From positions 30,787-94,786 of the forward strand of contig CAZFJP010000010.1 in assembly GCA_964518965.1 (NCBI GenBank): a stretch of DNA of 64,000 nucleotides. Reading direction: 5' to 3'. Below are positions 60,130 to 64,000 of this stretch, one piece after another. This stretch comes from an uncultured Candidatus Saccharibacteria bacterium (GTDB lineage: Bacteria > Patescibacteriota > SOKK01). Numbering within the stretch: position 1 is the stretch's first letter; every line of letters begins with the position of its first letter. The position numbers and the translations under genes were made by a program. The notes beneath the pieces are model-generated. The model saw only the letters and a program-made list of their open reading frames with translations, made no database searches and had not been told where the DNA came from.

Positions 60130-61887
60130 TCATTCCTTTTTAATCTCTATTCCTAATTCTCTCAACTGTTTCTCGTCTACAACGCTGGGTGCTCCCATCA
60201 TTGGGCACTCTGCTTTTTGATTTTTGGGAAACGCAATTACTTCACGGATACTTGGCTCTCCCGCCAAAATCATTACTAATCTGTCAATACCAGGTGCAAT
60301 TCCTCCGTGAGGAGGGGCACCGTACTCAAATGCTTTTAACATGTGGCCGAATTTACGTTGTGCTTCTTCTTTGCTTATTCCCAAAATCTCAAAAATTTTC
60401 ATTTGAATTTCCGGTTTATGGCAACGAATGCTACCAGATGCTAATTCAAAACCATTGCAGACAATATCATATAATCGTCCTTTGACTTTTAATGGTTCTT
60501 TGTCTAATAATGGCAAGTCCTTTTCCTGTGGCATTGTAAACATATGATGGGAAGGTTCAATTTTATTCTCTTTTTCGTTCCATTGAAACAAGGGGAAATC
60601 TGTAATCCAAGCAAACGCGATCGCATTGGGATCAGCTAATTTAAGTAGCCTACCGAAATAGTTACGCAATTCTCCCAGCACACTTGCAACAACTTTAGGT
60701 TTATCAGCAACAAAAATCATTAAGTCACCGTCTTTAGCTTCTAAAATCTTTGCGATTGCTTTCAGCTCATCTTCTTTGAAGAATTTTGCAATTGGTGAAT
60801 CAAATTTGTTCTTGTTAAACTTAATCCAAGCCAAACCTTGCGCTCCTAACTCTTTTGCCATTTCTGTTAACTTATCTAGTTCGGCTCGGCCGTACTTAGC
60901 TAATCCCGGAATAGCAATCCCCTTTACTTGAGAAGCGCCACTAAAAACTTTAAACTGACATTTTTGGGCAATATCAGAAATATCTTTTAGTTCCAGCCCG
61001 AAACGTAGGTCAGGTTTATCATTGCCAAAACGCTCCATTGCTTCAGTATAAGTTAATCTCGGCCAGGGATCTTTGAGTAGTTTTTTGCCCGGCACTAGTT
61101 TTACAATCTCTCTAAATAATTTTTCGATTACCTTTTGGACATCTTCCTCGTTCACGAAAGACATCTCTAAATCTAGTTGGGTGTGCTCTGGTTGCCTATC
61201 CTTACGACTATCTTCATCCCGCAAACAATGTGCAATCTGGAAATATTTGTCAAACCCGGCGATCATTAATAATTGCTTATACTGTTGCGGTGATTGAGGC
61301 AAGGCGTAAAACTTTCCGTGATGTAGCCGTGACGGCACAAGATAATCACGAGCACCTTCAGGAGAACTGACTGTTAGAATGGGAGTCTCAATTTCTAAGA
61401 ATCCTTCTTTGTTTAAAAAATCACGAATTGTCTTAACAACGTTATGACGGAGAATAAGATTTTTTTGTAATCTCTCATGACGAAGATCAAGATAACGATA
61501 TTCCAAACGCAGTTCCTCATCAACATCTTTCTTTTCTTGAGCAATCTCAAATGGAGGAGTTTTTGCTTCATTCAGAATATTAATCTTATCTGCCAAAACT
61601 TCAATTTCTCCTGTTTTAAGTTTAGGATTAATCATTGAGACAGGTCTCTTGCGCACTGTTCCCTCAATACGTACTACCCACTCCGGACGCAGTTTATCTG
61701 TCTCCTTATGAGTTTCTTCGTCATGTTTGGGATCAGAAACTACTTGGGTCAAGCCGTAACGATCGCGTAAGTCAATAAAAATCAAACTACCATGATCGCG
61801 ACGGCTCTGTACCCATCCGCTTAAAACCACTTTTTTCCCCGCTTCTTTAATACCCAAAATACCGCAGTTATGAGTACGATACTGCAT
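60130..61887 (-). CDS. aspS: Aspartyl-tRNA synthetase
   Basis: 'RRDHG', 'ALPQSPQ', 'RDED', '[15 protein letters not shown]'. Confidence 0.97.
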   Translation of the reverse strand: MQYRTHNCGILGIKEAGKKVVLSGWVQSRRDHGSLIFIDLRDRYGLTQVVSDPKHDEETHKETDKLRPEWVVRIEGTVRKRPVSMINPKLKTGEIEVLADKINILNEAKTPPFEIAQEKKDVDEELRLEYRYLDLRHERLQKNLILRHNVVKTIRDFLNKEGFLEIETPILTVSSPEGARDYLVPSRLHHGKFYALPQSPQQYKQLLMIAGFDKYFQIAHCLRDEDSRKDRQPEHTQLDLEMSFVNEEDVQKVIEKLFREIVKLVPGKKLLKDPWPRLTYTEAMERFGNDKPDLRFGLELKDISDIAQKCQFKVFSGASQVKGIAIPGLAKYGRAELDKLTEMAKELGAQGLAWIKFNKNKFDSPIAKFFKEDELKAIAKILEAKDGDLMIFVADKPKVVASVLGELRNYFGRLLKLADPNAIAFAWITDFPLFQWNEKENKIEPSHHMFTMPQEKDLPLLDKEPLKVKGRLYDIVCNGFELASGSIRCHKPEIQMKIFEILGISKEEAQRKFGHMLKAFEYGAPPHGGIAPGIDRLVMILAGEPSIREVIAFPKNQKAECPMMGAPSVVDEKQLRELGIEIKKE

Positions 61888-61945
61888 ATGTTCACAATTA
61901 AAAATTGCTTTTTCTGGGCTAATTATACTATATTTCGCTTATTAA

Positions 61946-61975
61946 AAACAGGGTTTTTGGTTAAAAACCCTGTTT
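61946..61975 (-). terminator. Terminator after PBP gene
   Basis: AAACAGGGTTTTT-GGTT-AAAAACCCTGTTT perfect inverted repeat. Confidence 0.6.
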
Positions 61976-61989
61976 ATCCTATTTGATCG

Positions 61990-64000
61990 TTAAAAAACAT
62001 TCACTGTGGCAGTACTAGAGTTTTTAGCGTTTCCTGCCCGATCGTAAGCGCGGGCATGTACCGTATAAACTCCTATTCCGGGATAGGGCCAGAAAACCGA
62101 GTAAGTACCTCCCGAACCAGAATAATCCTTGCCAATGGAAGCACCGTCCACAAAGAACTCCACATAACTAACTCCGCTTTCACCATCCGAAGCCGAGGCA
62201 GTAACTGCATAAGGAAATACTCCGGGAAGCAGATTAGCGCCGTTAGGTGGAGCCGTTAAGGTACAAGTGGGATCAGTAGAATCAACATTAACAGTAATAC
62301 TGACCGAGGCAGTATCCTCGTTATAGTAAATATCATAGGCCTTTGCCTTGATGGAGTGTCCCCCGGCGCTGGCATAGGAAGGGATAGCGATGCTGTACGA
62401 ATAAGGCGCGGATGAGTCGGAACCTATTAAAGTTTGGTCAAAGTAGAAATCCACTTTTTTTACTCCTTTTGGCGCTGATGCTGTTGCTGTTACTCCTACT
62501 ATTTCACCGTTATAGAAACTTTGCCCGGGTAGGGGGCTAGAAATTGAGACAGAAGGTTGGTTAGCTGGTAGATGAATGTCGCATTTTTCTGTTGGAGCAG
62601 TACCACCGAGATTCTTTCCTTTTGCCCAGCTACTCACTGCTGCCTCCCAGTTTTTAAACTGTGGGTCTGAAGCAGGATTAGTTGGTTTGGGGCCGAGAGG
62701 ATTGTCTTTATCGACATAATAAAGAATGCAATGATTTAAGCCAAAACTTTTTTCTTGTACGTATTGGTGAGGACAATACTCGGTCGCTAATTTTCCTGAA
62801 ATCTTGCAGACTTTGACTTTTTCAACTCCCTTATTAATTTGACCGTTAAGAATAGGTTTATTTCCTTTGATTGGCTTGGGCGCATCAAATTTTTCCCAGG
62901 GTTTTCCTTTTAAGGCATTTTCCATATATTCATGCCAGATTGGCGCAGCAACAAAAATACCATCCGCACCGGTATTCATCTTAGTGTTATTATTATTTCC
63001 GGTCCATACTCCTGTCACTAAACTGGGAGTGTATCCTACTGTCCACGCGTCACGAAACTCGTTGGTTGTTCCTGTTTTCGCTGCTACTGGTCTTCCGCCC
63101 AAAGTTAGAGCACTGTTACTACCAAAAACTGGTGCGCGTAAACTATCGGTGGAAAGAATTTTGTTCATTGTTTTAGCAATGTTCTGATCAAGAACTTGCG
63201 TTCCTCCTTCGTTTTTATATTCCTCCAAAGTCTTTCCTTGATTGTCTTCAATTTTTAAGAAAGGGGTTTTCTCATGGCGAATACCATTGGTAGCAAAAAC
63301 ACCAAATGCTGCTGTATGCTCTAAAAGTTTTACTTCTCCTCCTCCAAGAACGAGTGCTAAACCATAGCGGTCAGGATCATTTAAAGTATTAATCCCCATC
63401 GCATGGGCGGTATCAATGGTCTTATCAACACCAGCGAGGTAAAGAGTTTTTACTGCGGGAATATTCAAAGACATTGCCAAAGCATTTTGCATTTGGACGG
63501 GGCCTCGGGTACGATTGTCGTAATTATGAGGAATATACCCGCCACCAAAGTTAGTAGTTAAATCAAAAAGAACTGTAGTGGGAGGAAACCCTTTTTTAAA
63601 TGCAGTAGCATAAGCATAGGGTTTGAACGATGATCCGGGCTGGCGATTGCGCAGAGCAACGTTGACATTGCCGTCGTGTTCAACGTCAAAGTAGTCGTAT
63701 GATCCTACCATTGCAAGGATCTGACCAGTTCGAGGATCAATGGAAACCAGTGCAGCATTACTGGCGTTATATCGGCGATTACGCATAACACCGTGATTAA
63801 TTGCCTCTTCGGCAATTTTTTGCTTTTTGGGATCGAGGGTAGTTGTTACTTTCAGTCCTCCCTCCTCAACCATTTTTTCGCCATACTTTTCTACTAATAA
63901 CTCTCTCACATACATAACAAAGTGGGGTGCTTTAATTTGTTCATGGTATTTAGCAAACTTGATTTTTTGTTTTTTAGCTTTATTTGCTTGTTTTTGGGTG
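61990..64000 (-). CDS. Class A PBP (PBP1A family), 5' end outside window, with two C-terminal Ig-like domains
   Basis: 'APHFVMY', 'QPGSSFKP', 'SLN', 'KTGT'; C-terminal 'V.F..D...IG.D...Y' repeats; the frame stays open to the window end. Confidence 0.92.
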   Translation of the reverse strand, partial: TQKQANKAKKQKIKFAKYHEQIKAPHFVMYVRELLVEKYGEKMVEEGGLKVTTTLDPKKQKIAEEAINHGVMRNRRYNASNAALVSIDPRTGQILAMVGSYDYFDVEHDGNVNVALRNRQPGSSFKPYAYATAFKKGFPPTTVLFDLTTNFGGGYIPHNYDNRTRGPVQMQNALAMSLNIPAVKTLYLAGVDKTIDTAHAMGINTLNDPDRYGLALVLGGGEVKLLEHTAAFGVFATNGIRHEKTPFLKIEDNQGKTLEEYKNEGGTQVLDQNIAKTMNKILSTDSLRAPVFGSNSALTLGGRPVAAKTGTTNEFRDAWTVGYTPSLVTGVWTGNNNNTKMNTGADGIFVAAPIWHEYMENALKGKPWEKFDAPKPIKGNKPILNGQINKGVEKVKVCKISGKLATEYCPHQYVQEKSFGLNHCILYYVDKDNPLGPKPTNPASDPQFKNWEAAVSSWAKGKNLGGTAPTEKCDIHLPANQPSVSISSPLPGQSFYNGEIVGVTATASAPKGVKKVDFYFDQTLIGSDSSAPYSYSIAIPSYASAGGHSIKAKAYDIYYNEDTASVSITVNVDSTDPTCTLTAPPNGANLLPGVFPYAVTASASDGESGVSYVEFFVDGASIGKDYSGSGGTYSVFWPYPGIGVYTVHARAYDRAGNAKNSSTATVNVF

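Overview
AT-rich bacterial chromosome segment read in standard code 11. Its gene content and order look like a Patescibacteria/CPR genome (inferred): mrdA-mreD-mreC, lepB, LCP, HU, secE-nusG-rplK-rplA-rplJ-rplL with no rpoB after it, tgt, sortase, greA, lysS, serS, ftsQ, a stand-alone VirD4/HerA-like ATPase, cysS-recR-ybaB, a GT-C/GT2 glycosylation cluster, sbcCD, a UvrD-nuclease fusion, dacA-rluB-scpBA-aspS and a class A PBP. There are five tRNAs and an L10 leader. I saw no CRISPR array, integrase, transposase or rRNA. The most unusual signal is a set of small palindromic repeat families. (1) A ~100-bp terminal-inverted-repeat hairpin element occurs in four copies, one directly upstream of a decayed small GIY-YIG nuclease gene next to tRNA-Gly. 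(2) Double-hairpin elements of 30 nt and a 21-nt palindrome are inserted in frame in four proteins. (3) The same elements are nested inside a relic tRNA half. (4) About ten inverted heptamer-periodic arrays sit at gene junctions. (5) An RPE-like GTCATTGC element lies between sbcD and sbcC. Also notable are a LysRS-HD hydrolase fusion, a bL12 with a long Pro/Glu/Ala/Lys N-terminal extension, a sortase with a candidate LVASG substrate, and boxA-like motifs ahead of orphan genes. All calls come from reading the sequence by eye; no searches were run.
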